Shown here piece by piece: positions 9,538 to 19,807 of a stretch of DNA of 64,000 nt; the stretch's first letter is position 1; the number at the start of each line of letters is the position of its first letter. This DNA is from an uncultured delta proteobacterium. Its GTDB lineage: Bacteria; Desulfobacterota; Binatia; UBA9968. Under the pieces are notes generated by a model. The model worked only from the letters and a program-made list of their open reading frames with translations, was not told the DNA's origin and made no database searches. Both the position numbers and the translations under genes were made by a program. The stretch is taken from contig CAVUZH010000016.1 of NCBI GenBank assembly GCA_963745835.1, positions 384,001 through 448,000 on the forward strand, given 5' to 3'.

Positions 9538-9695
9538 TTCGAAATCCTCCAGGGGATTCTCAGGTAAACAAAAGACCTCACGCTAACCTCGTTCACCTTT
9601 AGCGTTAAGAAACGTGGGCTTCTTTTCTCGGAAATAATCGCCATCTTTCGAACGCAGTCCATGGCATGGAAAAAATCAGGTCAGTGCTCTGCTAC

Positions 9696-10346
9696 TCACA
9701 CGCCTTTTTCTACCATCGTCTTTGGCGCATCCGATTTTGCCGCAGCGGCCTGTCCGCGTGCGAAGCCCGCGACTGTGATACTAACCCGTAGATTTTGTGC
9801 CGTTGGCTGCGCTCCTTGTTGTTGCGGCAATCCAATAGGACGAAACAATGAACGGACATTGATTTCATCTATGACCAGAAGCTTGGGCGAAGTCTCAATG
9901 CCGCGAACAAGAGAAGCAACCTGCTCGACCTGCCCGCCGACTTCCATTTGAATCGCGATCTTGGAAAAAGCTCCCGTAGCTTCCGGATTGAGCACCCGTG
10001 TGGTAATCACCTGAGTACCTTCCTTGGCCGCTAGTCCTTGCACGGTTTCTTGCAAATCCGAGGCATTCACCGATGGTGTATCGCCCGTCAACAGCTTGGC
10101 CTCATGGGCCTTCACGTCGTTTCGTGCCGCTTCTAATGCAGCACTCAATTGTTCCTTTTGTCCAATATACCGCAAGTTTTTTTCCAGAAGCTGCGGCTGT
10201 ATTTCCAGCTGGGTTTGTACCCACTCACGATGAGCCATGTAGGGACTGACCACCGAAATACGCCCGAGCACGAGTAATAGGATCAGCAAGGTGGTTACAA
10301 CCAAGCCACGTTCCCGTTTCGATAATCTTGCCCAAAGCTGTCTCAT
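9696..10346 (-). CDS. gspM: T2SS GspM/PilO-like protein
   Basis: WARLSKRERGLV N-terminus, TM helix, coiled coil and ferredoxin-like C-domain (GIETSPKLLVIDEINV); position in operon. Confidence 0.8.
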   Translation of the reverse strand: MRQLWARLSKRERGLVVTTLLILLLVLGRISVVSPYMAHREWVQTQLEIQPQLLEKNLRYIGQKEQLSAALEAARNDVKAHEAKLLTGDTPSVNASDLQETVQGLAAKEGTQVITTRVLNPEATGAFSKIAIQMEVGGQVEQVASLVRGIETSPKLLVIDEINVRSLFRPIGLPQQQGAQPTAQNLRVSITVAGFARGQAAAAKSDAPKTMVEKGV

Positions 10347-11890
10347 AGCTTACCAGCCTTCTCTTTAGACTTATCGACGGGGGCCAATTTTCCGCTGTTA
10401 GGTTGTTTCTCCAACTCGGCTTTCAGCGAAAATGTTTCCCGATTGTCACGGCCGCGGTTTGAAGGGGCATTGAATGCAACATTCTCAAAAAGCGGCGACT
10501 TCTCTAATAGCGGAATCAATGTAGACGCATTCTCGGCATTGCCCTGGACTTCCAAGACGCCATTGCGGTAGCGGAAATTAGACAAATAAGCGCCGGTCGG
10601 TACCACCTTCGAAAGTTCATCAAGCACGCGCAGCACCTCGCCCTTACGTCGATCGATATCCGATAAAAATTGTACTTCCTTGCGCACCGTCTGTAGCTGG
10701 GCCTCCTCACGACGCAAAGCCTCCACAGAAGGTTCGGTTTTGTGATTCTCCTGCTGCAGTTGCTTTAGTCGTAATTCGTCCTTGATCGGGTAGCTAATTC
10801 CCCAGCCCAGAAGCAAGAGAACCAGCAAGCCGATCATCAATGAATTCATTCGCGAGAGATTGTTTCGTGCGCCGCGATCCGCCCCAGCTGGCCGAAGAAC
10901 GTTGGTCTCCAAGCGCGCTTCTCGAACGCCGCGCAGCGCCGCGCCAACGGCCGGCAAGGTCGCAGCGGATAACTGGTCTCTACCGCCAATTTTGTCGATT
11001 GCCAGAGTACAAAGATCCTCGCACTCAACCTTTTCCCCATTCGCAGAATGAAAGACGTGCTCCGCGTTTCCCCACCCGTAGAGTTTTGGGGTTTGACGTA
11101 AACATTCGGCAATGAGTTCCTTGCCGACGCCTTCGGCCCACTCAGCGTCGGGCAATCTGTGTGAGAAGAGCAGTTCCGGAGCTTGCGTCCAACCGGCGGG
11201 GCTAGCCCGAACTCCGATTAGTTCGCGATCATCGGCGTGGCCGCCAATGATCGCCGCGCAACCGGCCAAGTCTCTTTTGCAAAAAAGCAGATAATTCGCG
11301 AGAGCCGTCGCGGTCGTTTCAACTCCGCTCGGAAGGATACCAAACGATCCCAAGACGTCTAATACGCCGGCCAGATGTTTCTTGGGAATGGCGAACAGAT
11401 AAACGCCGATCTTATCGCCGCGTTTTCCCATGGGCAGGTAATCGTAAAAAATATCATCGCGATTGAAAGGTAATTGCCGTTCGATTTCGTATTCCAGCAC
11501 CTGTTGAAGATTAGCCTCGGCCGCTTGCGGCAGATAGATAGTTTGAACTATCGCCTGATCTTGTGGGACACAGATATAGAGCGAATCCCTACCGGCGCTG
11601 AAATGGGGCAAGAGCGAGAGAATCGCCTGACGCAACGCGCGCTCACGCGAATCATGTTCGGCTTTCAGCGCGATCTCACGCACGTCTTCAGCAATCCATC
11701 CGGTTAACTCCGAAATGGCTTGGCGGTTTTCACCGACTGGTAGATCTCTCAGCTCCTGTTCAAGCAGCGTGACGCTAAGAAAATTCTTGCGCAGCCGAAC
11801 CAACACCAGATTGTCGCGCATGATGTAAATTCCGACACTTCTGAGAAAGTCGGCGCGCGGAAGATTTCTAATAGAATTAGACAAGTTCAT
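10343..11890 (-). CDS. gspL: T2SS GspL (PilM/PilN-like) protein
   Basis: LPQAAEANLQQVLEYEIERQLPF, a TM helix, and a PilN domain VLDELSKVVP...LEVQG...LEKSPLFENV. Confidence 0.8.
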   Translation of the reverse strand: MNLSNSIRNLPRADFLRSVGIYIMRDNLVLVRLRKNFLSVTLLEQELRDLPVGENRQAISELTGWIAEDVREIALKAEHDSRERALRQAILSLLPHFSAGRDSLYICVPQDQAIVQTIYLPQAAEANLQQVLEYEIERQLPFNRDDIFYDYLPMGKRGDKIGVYLFAIPKKHLAGVLDVLGSFGILPSGVETTATALANYLLFCKRDLAGCAAIIGGHADDRELIGVRASPAGWTQAPELLFSHRLPDAEWAEGVGKELIAECLRQTPKLYGWGNAEHVFHSANGEKVECEDLCTLAIDKIGGRDQLSAATLPAVGAALRGVREARLETNVLRPAGADRGARNNLSRMNSLMIGLLVLLLLGWGISYPIKDELRLKQLQQENHKTEPSVEALRREEAQLQTVRKEVQFLSDIDRRKGEVLRVLDELSKVVPTGAYLSNFRYRNGVLEVQGNAENASTLIPLLEKSPLFENVAFNAPSNRGRDNRETFSLKAELEKQPNSGKLAPVDKSKEKAGKL

Positions 11891-11956
11891 GGTTTAACTT
11901 TTGGAAATTGCAGCTGAAAACTTTGCCATTTAGAGACAAAAGTTGCCTATCATACC

Positions 11957-12983
11957 TCATTGTCTCTCACTGGGATAGCCAATTTCTCGGTCCACCCAGC
12001 GGGTCAACTCGTAGCCGCGGTTGCCGCCGCCGGCGCGGATAACTCCTTTAACGCGTCGCGGCTGGCGGGACTCACTCGCATAACCTTCAGCCTCAACGGT
12101 CACGATTGCTGGGGTTAGCGAAGATAAACATCTGTAGCGCCGCATCACCTGATCCGACCCCAAGGAGCGGCAGCAGATCCGCGAGCGTCTTATCTCCAAT
12201 CTTGGCTCTTTCCTCAACGAATGCCTGACACTTCTCCAAAGGTATACCGAGCAAAACATGAATAACCGCCGCCGAGGCAGTCCGCAGATTGACGCGGTCA
12301 ATCGGACTGTCTACGCTAAAGATCTCTCGTAGACCGACGCGCGGGGAATCACCAGCCGGAGTTCCGCTGCTATCATAACCATAGTAAAGACTCGCGGTCA
12401 CACCTTTGACCCACAGCAGCTCTTCGAGGCTGTCGAAGGAGCCGTTCTTAGCGGTGTAGGGAAGACTAAGAGAAAGGTAATAGTCGTCTTCCGCACCGTT
12501 ACTCCGATGAAGATCATCCTGATCACGCCAATCCATGATCGAATCGATTAAGACTCCGATGAGAGGTTCTTCGACCCCGAGATTGGAAAAAATGCGGCGC
12601 AGCACATTCTCGTCTGCTCGATTGAGATTTATTTTGCTGCTCTCGTCCACCAGCCGGAGGCGGTAAGTACCGCTGCCGAGAGTCGCCTCGCGCCAGCCGG
12701 CATCGAAGATATCTTTTGGCTTGCCGACGGGCTGTAACTCAGGTCCCCGTGATTGACTTAGAAAGTCGTATAGGCCCTGTTCAAAGCCTGCCAGCGCCAG
12801 ATAGTAGCCTTGATTGTCGTCGCTGTAACGATGGGCTGCGGTGGCCTCCTCGCGCACACCGGTGCTGAAATCAAAGGCCACGACAAAAAGAAAGATAAAT
12901 ATCCATAGAACGATAAGAAGCGCGACGCCACGCTCGCTTGAGACGCCGGCTAATTTTGTTTTCAGAAACTCCACAATCTTCAC
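11957..12983 (-). CDS. gspK: T2SS minor pseudopilin GspK; frameshift near 12105
   Basis: ERGVALLIVLW, DESSKINLN, SIMDWRDQDD, GAEDDYY and EELLWVKG. The C-terminus IVTVEAEG...WVDR is in the adjacent frame. Confidence 0.9.
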
Positions 12984-13618
12984 TGCGCCAAAACACTAAT
13001 CATCAGCGGAAACACCCAGCGAATTTCCTTGCCATCATGATTACGATAGCTGACGCGAACGGCGCGCGGAAGCGCCAGCTTTTCTCTACCGTCCCAGCGT
13101 TCCTCCCATCGCTCGTCTTCACTCTTTGGGTCCAAATAGGCGAACCGAAAATCTTTCACTCGCTCTCGTATAATGACATCGTTTCGCAGACCGCCGGGAT
13201 CACGATCTTCGCTCAAGTTAAACCGCACCGGCACCTCTTCTTCGAGCTGAATCGCCCCCTCGCCCTCTTCAGCAGGCTCCCAGGCAACGCGAATCTTTGA
13301 CATCCCTCGACCACCCATAGCTAGAGAGATTGACGACACAAACGTTAGTTGGTCTTCCTGTCCATCAAAAAACACCGTCGTATCCTGAACAGATTGTCGA
13401 TACGGATACGCGGATCGGACATAGCTGCCTAACAAATCCGTAAACGATCGCAGTTTTTGATTATCTTCGAAGCTAGCCTGCGACTTTACAACAGCGCTAT
13501 GACTTAGCGAGAAAGCGCCATACAAGACAGCTCCTATGAGAGCAAAAATACTTAACGCGAGAACGACTTCAATTAACGTAAAGCCGAGCGAATTTTGGGG
13601 ACATCGCGATGTTTTCAT
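12980..13618 (-). CDS. gspJ: T2SS minor pseudopilin GspJ
   Basis: Prepilin site GFTLIEVVLAL; C-terminal W..RW....LPRAVRV motif. Confidence 0.88.
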   Translation of the reverse strand: MKTSRCPQNSLGFTLIEVVLALSIFALIGAVLYGAFSLSHSAVVKSQASFEDNQKLRSFTDLLGSYVRSAYPYRQSVQDTTVFFDGQEDQLTFVSSISLAMGGRGMSKIRVAWEPAEEGEGAIQLEEEVPVRFNLSEDRDPGGLRNDVIIRERVKDFRFAYLDPKSEDERWEERWDGREKLALPRAVRVSYRNHDGKEIRWVFPLMISVLAQ

Positions 13619-14031
13619 CAGCGATCTCCCTTCTTCACCAGACGCAGGGTTCTAAGCTCGACGCGCCTTTCGCGACCTGTTTCTGGTACAAACATCTCAA
13701 GGGTTATTTCTTTCAGCTCCCAATCGTTGCCCAACACCAGCGCGTCAATGGGTCTGACAGGCTGGACCTGAAGCTGCCACCGGTGGGAGTCGCCAATCGT
13801 GCCCTGTTCGGTACCTTCCGCAAGCGTGCGCCGCGCCAGGAACTGATCCATCACATGACGGGCATAAGCAACGGTTTGAGTTCTATCTCGACTTCGGGCA
13901 CCGAGTTGCAAACCCGAGGAGAAGATTTCCAGCAGGGTTACCACGCCAAGCCCAACGATGGCCATGGCTACCACGACCTCGAGCAGAGTGAAGCCTCGGC
14001 CTGAACCCAAGCATGATTTGATACGCGTCAC
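13618..14031 (-). CDS. gspI: T2SS minor pseudopilin GspI (in frame with gspH in this sequence)
   Basis: A second prepilin site GFTLLEVVVAMAIVG occurs inside ORF 13618..14541; GTG at 14031. Confidence 0.8.
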   Translation of the reverse strand: MTRIKSCLGSGRGFTLLEVVVAMAIVGLGVVTLLEIFSSGLQLGARSRDRTQTVAYARHVMDQFLARRTLAEGTEQGTIGDSHRWQLQVQPVRPIDALVLGNDWELKEITLEMFVPETGRERRVELRTLRLVKKGDR

Positions 14032-14505
14032 GAAGCTATCGCCCCGCATCACGTCGACAGTACCGGTGAGCGGGTGAAGTCGGATCGAGTAAAACGTTGA
14101 ATCAGCACCGCTAGTAAGATCAATTCGGCCGCCCAACGTGCTGCCATTAGGAAAGAACAAAAATTGACGACTTCCACCGTCCAAAACTTCAGCGCCGGCA
14201 ACTAAGGCGATCTTTACGTTGGAAGGAAAATGGATTTCATTGCGCGCGACCCGATAAGTGCTCTCTGACATATTGAGAACCAATCGCTGCGGCACCCCTT
14301 TATGAAGCGCTTGGCTGCGCAAATCGCGGGCAGCCGCGGCCAAAGCAAGCGCCGACCGCCGCAAATCCCGGTCTCGCAATCCTTTCTCAACGTTTGGCAG
14401 GACGATTAGCCCGCTCAGACCGAGAACCATCAGAACTAGAACCAGCTCGAGCAAAGAAAAGCCGCGACTATTTTTCCCAACTGGTAATGTCACGATTATC
14501 GCCAT
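14032..14505 (-). CDS. gspH: T2SS minor pseudopilin GspH (no stop before gspI in this sequence)
   Basis: Prepilin site GFSLLELVLVL and the FFPNGSTLGG motif; start ATG 14505 overlaps the gspG end. Confidence 0.8.
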
Positions 14506-14905
14506 CACCCCCGGGTGTACCATCAGCGCCGTAGGACACAATGTCGAAAGGGCCGTGCTCTCCAGGACTTCTGTAAGCGTACGGCTTACTCCACGGATCC
14601 AACGGCAGATCCTTTCTCAGATACGGACCATCCCAACGCTCCAATCCTCCGGGTTTTTGTCGGAGCGCCTGCAGGCCTTCATCGGTGGTCGGATAGCGTC
14701 CAACATCCAAACGAAAGGTATCGAGGGCAGTCCCAAAAAGCTCGATTTGCGCCTTGGTCGTCCTGAGCTTTGCCTTCTCTTCTTGACGGATGAACTGCGG
14801 CAGCACGAGCCCGGCAAGCAAACCGATGATAATCACGACGACGATCAGTTCGACGAGGGTGAACCCTCTGGCATCGTTAAGATATTTCTTAGAATGGTAA
14901 ATCAT
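14468..14905 (-). CDS. gspG: T2SS major pseudopilin GspG
   Basis: GFTLVELIVV, ALDTFRLDVGRYPTTDEGLQAL, WDGPYL, DPW and SYGADGTPGG. Confidence 0.96.
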   Translation of the reverse strand: MIYHSKKYLNDARGFTLVELIVVVIIIGLLAGLVLPQFIRQEEKAKLRTTKAQIELFGTALDTFRLDVGRYPTTDEGLQALRQKPGGLERWDGPYLRKDLPLDPWSKPYAYRSPGEHGPFDIVSYGADGTPGGDGDNRDITSWEK

Positions 14906-16112
14906 TGATACTAAAGATTGCCAGCAGCATGGAGATCACGACGACACCTATCACCAATCCCATCCCCAAAATCAATACCGGCTCGATAATGGACGTCAAT
15001 CTTTTTGTCGTTCGCTTTACCTCTTGATCATAGAAACCCGCCACTTCCCCGAGCATCGTTTCCAGTTTGCCAGTCTCTTCGCCCACAGCGATCATGTTAA
15101 GCGCCAGCGGTGGGAAAAAACCGCTTTCTGCCAAAGGCCGCGCCATGCCCTTTCCTTCCCGAACTCGGATCTGGACTTGGTTGATAGCCCGTGCCATCAA
15201 TCTATTACCCATAACACCCTGAACCGTGCCCAGTGCTTCGAGAAGCGGCACGCCGCCTTTTAGCAGGGCCGATAGAGTGCGGGAGAACCTAGCCGTCTCA
15301 AACTTCCGAACCAGATCGCCGACTAACCAGACGCGCAAAGAAACACGGTCCAACTCCGTTTTCGCTTCGGGGTTGCGCAAATAAAATACTGCCGCGGCAA
15401 CAGCGGCAATCGCCGCGATAGCGATTAGCCAACCATACTCGGTCAATAAAGTGCTCAGGCCAATGATGACTCGCGTAATCCAAGGAACCGCCTGGCCTAC
15501 ATCTTTAAAGATCACAGCAAAGCGCGGGATCACGTAAAGGAATAGCACTATCAACGAAACTCCGGCCGCGCTCGCGAGAATCACAGGGTAAATCAGCGCC
15601 GACTTGAGATCTTCCCTGAGCGCCAGCGAACGCTCCATGTACTCAGCTAAATAACGCAGGACTCCTTCGAGGATGCCCCCGGATTCCCCGGCTCGAATCA
15701 TATTTATGTAGATTTTTGGGAAGACATCCGAATGCTCTCCCATGGAAGCAGCCAGCGATTTTCCGGCGCGCACGGCCTCAAGGAGCGTGCGCATGACTTT
15801 GCTAAACTCTTCTCCTTCTATCAGGTTCCCGAGAATTGACAGGCTGCGGTCGAGCGGCAAGCCGGCAGCAAGCAATGTTCCCAGCTCCTGGGTGAATTGA
15901 AGCAATTGTTGTTGGCTGATTTTGCGCTTCGAAAACAGCGGCAAGCGCGCCTGTGAAGCCATCGCTCCACTCTCGGCGGAAGCACCGATGCGCAGCGGAA
16001 TGCAGCCCATCTCGTGGAGGCGCAAGACAACTCCCTGCTCGGCCTCAGCCTCCATGATACCCTCGACGATCTTGCCTGCGTGATCCGCGGCCCGATATTG
16101 GTAGAACGCCAT
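14889..16112 (-). CDS. gspF: T2SS inner-membrane platform protein GspF
   Basis: FTQELGTLLAAGLPL, AGESGG, ALIYP and VGEETGKL; two T2SSF repeats. Confidence 0.95.
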   Translation of the reverse strand: MAFYQYRAADHAGKIVEGIMEAEAEQGVVLRLHEMGCIPLRIGASAESGAMASQARLPLFSKRKISQQQLLQFTQELGTLLAAGLPLDRSLSILGNLIEGEEFSKVMRTLLEAVRAGKSLAASMGEHSDVFPKIYINMIRAGESGGILEGVLRYLAEYMERSLALREDLKSALIYPVILASAAGVSLIVLFLYVIPRFAVIFKDVGQAVPWITRVIIGLSTLLTEYGWLIAIAAIAAVAAAVFYLRNPEAKTELDRVSLRVWLVGDLVRKFETARFSRTLSALLKGGVPLLEALGTVQGVMGNRLMARAINQVQIRVREGKGMARPLAESGFFPPLALNMIAVGEETGKLETMLGEVAGFYDQEVKRTTKRLTSIIEPVLILGMGLVIGVVVISMLLAIFSINDLPF

Positions 16113-16164
16113 CTAATCTCAGACACTCTTGCGAAAGCCGACAGACACCTGACGAGTGAATCCG

Positions 16165-17865
16165 TTACGCCTCTTCCCTTGTCACTCTGAGCACTTCCGC
16201 AACTGTGGTGACGCCGTGACGCACCTTATCCCAGCCGTCATCTCTCAGCAGGCGCATTCCCTGTTGGACGGCAAGACTGCGAATCGTTCCGGCATCGGCG
16301 CGTTGAACGATGATTTTGCAGATCTCAGAAGTCACTGGCAGTAATTCAAATATTCCGACTCGGCCTAGATAACCGGTGCCGCTGCATGTGTTGCAACCAA
16401 CGGCTTCCCAAACCTGCTCCGGCAAATTTCCGCTGGGCAGACCAAGTTCCGGCTCATTGCTATCAAAGTTCGAGAATGAAACCTCTTTGCGGCACGTCTT
16501 ACATAGGCGACGCACCAATCTTTGCGCCAGTACACCTAGCAGAGAGGATGATAATAAGTAGTCTTGAACACCCATCTCCAGTAGCCTGGAAATTGCTCCG
16601 GCAGCATCGTTGGTGTGCAATGTCGAAAAGACTAAGTGGCCTGTTAGGGCCGCTTGCACCGCGATTTCCGCCGTCTCGGCATCGCGAATCTCACCGACCA
16701 TGATAACGTCTGGATCTTGTCGCACAATCGAACGAAGCCCATTGGCGAATGTCAACCCGATTTGCGGCTTGACCTGTATCTGATTGACTCCACTCAGTTG
16801 ATATTCAACGGGATCTTCGATGGTGATAATCTTCTTTCCCGGATCATTGATCTTCTGCAACGCGCCGTATAATGTCGTCGTTTTGCCGCTTCCCGTTGGT
16901 CCGGTGACGAGTATCATGCCATGCGGCTTAAGAATCATGCCGTTGAAATAGTTTAAGATATCCGAGGGAAATCCGATGGTCTCGAGCTGTGTAAAAATTT
17001 GTCCGCGCTCGAGAAGCCGGATCACCACGCTCTCGCCGTAAAGCGTCGGAACTGTAGCGATACGCAAATCAACGTCTTTTCCCGCTAATCTGATCTTGAT
17101 CCGGCCATCCTGCGGCAAGCGCCGTTCCGCAATATTGAGCTGAGCGAGGATCTTAAGACGGGAGACAACCGCAGCTTTAAGCTGCCGCGGCGGCGGCTCG
17201 ACTTCGTGCAAAATACCGTCTATTCGGTAACGAACTTTTAGCTGGTTTTCAAATGGCTCGATATGAACGTCCGATGCACGGCTCTCTAATGCGCGCACGA
17301 GCATTTGATTAACCAAACGGATCACCGGCACTTCTGATGCCATGTCGCGCAAATGAGCAACGTCCTCTTCGTCAACCGCGCCCTCGATTTCGCGGCCAAC
17401 GGCGCCTTGAGTGTTATCGGAGGTAGTAGTGCTGCCGAATAAGGCCTCGATACGGGCGGAGATTTCCTTTTCCTTTGCCAAAACTGGCGTCACTCGCAAT
17501 CCTGACGCGACTTCCAGAGCATGCAGCCGCGCTATATCCAACGGGTCGCTGGTGGCGACGATCAGATCGCGTCCTTCTACTTTCACCGGAACCATTCGCG
17601 CGGTTTTTAGGAATTCGCCCAAATTCGCGGAAAATTCGATTGGCAGCGGTACGGCTGGAATTTCGCGGAGAGCCACCAAGGGGATGTTGAAGTGATCGCG
17701 GAGCACAGGCAGAAGATCGTCCTCCGAAACAAATCCGAGCTCAACCATGAGACGCGTCAAAGAAGCTGGTTGTTCGTGTTGTAATTTCACAACGCGCTCC
17801 AACTCATCGTCAGAAAGCATTCGTCGTTCGACTAAACGTTCGGCAAGATTTAGGTAAGATTCCAT
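16165..17865 (-). CDS. gspE: T2SS ATPase GspE
   Basis: ASDVHIEP, Walker A GPTGSGKTT, TIEDPVE, RQDPDVIMVGEIRD, LSTLHTND-like (FSTLHTND) and CxxC...CxxC. Confidence 0.96.
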   Translation of the reverse strand: MESYLNLAERLVERRMLSDDELERVVKLQHEQPASLTRLMVELGFVSEDDLLPVLRDHFNIPLVALREIPAVPLPIEFSANLGEFLKTARMVPVKVEGRDLIVATSDPLDIARLHALEVASGLRVTPVLAKEKEISARIEALFGSTTTSDNTQGAVGREIEGAVDEEDVAHLRDMASEVPVIRLVNQMLVRALESRASDVHIEPFENQLKVRYRIDGILHEVEPPPRQLKAAVVSRLKILAQLNIAERRLPQDGRIKIRLAGKDVDLRIATVPTLYGESVVIRLLERGQIFTQLETIGFPSDILNYFNGMILKPHGMILVTGPTGSGKTTTLYGALQKINDPGKKIITIEDPVEYQLSGVNQIQVKPQIGLTFANGLRSIVRQDPDVIMVGEIRDAETAEIAVQAALTGHLVFSTLHTNDAAGAISRLLEMGVQDYLLSSSLLGVLAQRLVRRLCKTCRKEVSFSNFDSNEPELGLPSGNLPEQVWEAVGCNTCSGTGYLGRVGIFELLPVTSEICKIIVQRADAGTIRSLAVQQGMRLLRDDGWDKVRHGVTTVAEVLRVTREEA

Positions 17866-17889
17866 AAGCGAGTAACCTAGCGATTCGTT

Positions 17890-18255
17890 TTAGGTACCGG
17901 CGCGGCCATAGCGGTCTTCCAAACGAATTACATCGTCCAGTTCGGGCGTGGAGACTTCCAGTACATCGCATTCCTCCACCGCAGTCATGCGATGCTTCAT
18001 GCCAGGAGTTATATGGAGGCAATCGCCAGGGAAGAACCTCACAGTCGTTCTTCCGTTGTCGGTCTCCAGATCCATTTCGAGAACTCCGGTCAGCAAATAA
18101 ACGGTCTCGTCCTTAATACGATGATATTGGTAGCTCAGTGACTCCCCTTTATTGATATGGAGAATTTTCCCGACGTAACGCTCCGTGTGGGCCCATATGA
18201 GCTCGTGCCCCCAGGGTTTGTCGATTATTCTGCCTTTGTAGGTGACGGGCTGCAT
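17890..18255 (-). CDS. Small cupin-domain protein (mannose-6-phosphate isomerase-like cupin)
   Basis: DKPWGHELIWA, LSYQYHRIKDET, ITPGMKHRM and EVSTPELDDVIRLEDRYGR; start moved to ATG 18255. Confidence 0.8.
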   Translation of the reverse strand: MQPVTYKGRIIDKPWGHELIWAHTERYVGKILHINKGESLSYQYHRIKDETVYLLTGVLEMDLETDNGRTTVRFFPGDCLHITPGMKHRMTAVEECDVLEVSTPELDDVIRLEDRYGRAGT

Positions 18256-18338
18256 CTTCAGGGCGTCACTATAACAGATTCCCAACCGAGCGAAAACGTT
18301 TTGCGATTGAGGCTTTGATGGAACTTTTCTCACCGCCC

Positions 18339-18365
18339 AGTATACGAGCGTTACCCTATTCTCAA
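18339..18365 (-). promoter_or_regulatory. Possible sigma70-like promoter for the cupin-gsp operon
   Basis: Minus strand TTGAGA-N15-TATACT about 85 nt upstream of the cupin ATG; the spacer is short. Confidence 0.25.
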
Positions 18366-18449
18366 GATGTCGGAACCCAGTGGATGGATTGATCCGCAGC
18401 TATTTGCCGCATTGACATACTAGAGGCTTAGACCCCGGAGAGCCAGGAC

Positions 18450-19385
18450 TCACCGGGCTGCCGATCGGGTGGAGCGGATGTATTCCCAGTGATAGCGAAG
18501 ACTCCACTTTCTAAGGAGCATGGCCTGCTTATAAGCCGCCCTAGCCTTGGTTAACTCACCATTTCTTTCGTAGTATAAACCAAGCCGCAAGTATTTTCTT
18601 CCTAATTTTTTATTGAAAGCGCCCCTGCCAATGCGGCTATAGACATCCGGATAGTGATCGCGGATATGCTCGAGCTCGCGCACGCCAAACTCATAATGAG
18701 GGTTTACAGCTGTATTATTCAACGGATGGATTCGCTTCCTCACCCCGATGTAGTCGACATAGCGAACCGGGAAATAGGCAGTGACCCGATAAAACCAATG
18801 CAGATCACAATTAAGATAGATGTCTTTGTCATAACCTCCTACTGATTCGAAGACGGTCTTGGTTATCAGTGAAGAGGGCCCCGTCATAAAATTATCCTTA
18901 AGGATGTCGTGAACCGAAAGCCGCATCGATGTGAGCTTCTTACCGCGACCGTTTTTGACCATCGGGCCCAAAGTCAACTTCGGCTTCTCCTTGCCGAGAT
19001 TGGCAGGCTGATCGCTGAAGTATTCCGTATTGTCGAACGCTCCGCCAAGTGTTGCATCTTCTTCAAGAGCTTTCACCAGGACTTTTACGTGATCAACTTC
19101 ATAAATGTCGTCACTGTTCCAGGTACCTAAGTACTTTCCATGACACTGTTTCATGACCTCATTACTCGCCTGGAGGAACGGCAGAGCGCCCTGAGAAGCC
19201 AAAATACATCGAGGATCTTCCCTGAATTGCGCGAGAGCTTGCTCCAATTCTCTAGAACCATCCCCGAGCACAAAAACCTCCAGTGAACCATAGGACTGCT
19301 TCAGAATAGATCCTAGTGAGCTCGGGATGAACTTAGCGTAAGGGGCATGAGCAAAGAGAATGATGGAAACCAGCGGTGTGTCCAT
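18450..19385 (-). CDS. Family 2 glycosyltransferase with a C-terminal TPR-like helix pair
   Basis: PLVSII, SILKQSY, WNSDDIY and VGGYD....CDLHW; C-terminal YLRLGLYYERNGELTKARAAYKQA. Confidence 0.85.
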   Translation of the reverse strand: MDTPLVSIILFAHAPYAKFIPSSLGSILKQSYGSLEVFVLGDGSRELEQALAQFREDPRCILASQGALPFLQASNEVMKQCHGKYLGTWNSDDIYEVDHVKVLVKALEEDATLGGAFDNTEYFSDQPANLGKEKPKLTLGPMVKNGRGKKLTSMRLSVHDILKDNFMTGPSSLITKTVFESVGGYDKDIYLNCDLHWFYRVTAYFPVRYVDYIGVRKRIHPLNNTAVNPHYEFGVRELEHIRDHYPDVYSRIGRGAFNKKLGRKYLRLGLYYERNGELTKARAAYKQAMLLRKWSLRYHWEYIRSTRSAAR

Positions 19386-19807
19386 AGATAGACTGAGAAT
19401 AGAGTTAACAGATGATAGCAGGTATCTGCAAAAACTTCTCAAAAGTCAACAAACCTCGACCCATTCTAAGCGACAAATCAGCAGTGAGATCAACGATGCC
19501 CAACTGCCGCCAGCACTAAAATCCTCCGCTTAATTCTTCCCGATCAACGATCAAACAGCGTCGATCCGCATAACTGTATCGTGTTCGCATCAGGGCCTTC
19601 TATTCAGATTCTCGATGTGGTGCATGCTCGTTCTTTGATGCTCGTTTTTTCACGCCACGAGCCTCCGGCCTCAAGCACAAGAATGTACATTGCCAGTTCG
19701 GAGCAATCTTGTAAGGCAATGTCCAATTACGCCAATTTCTGTACAAGCCATGCAACGGCCGCATGGCATTCGGCATGCGTAGGTCCGGGTGCAGTGAGGC
19801 TCCATAC

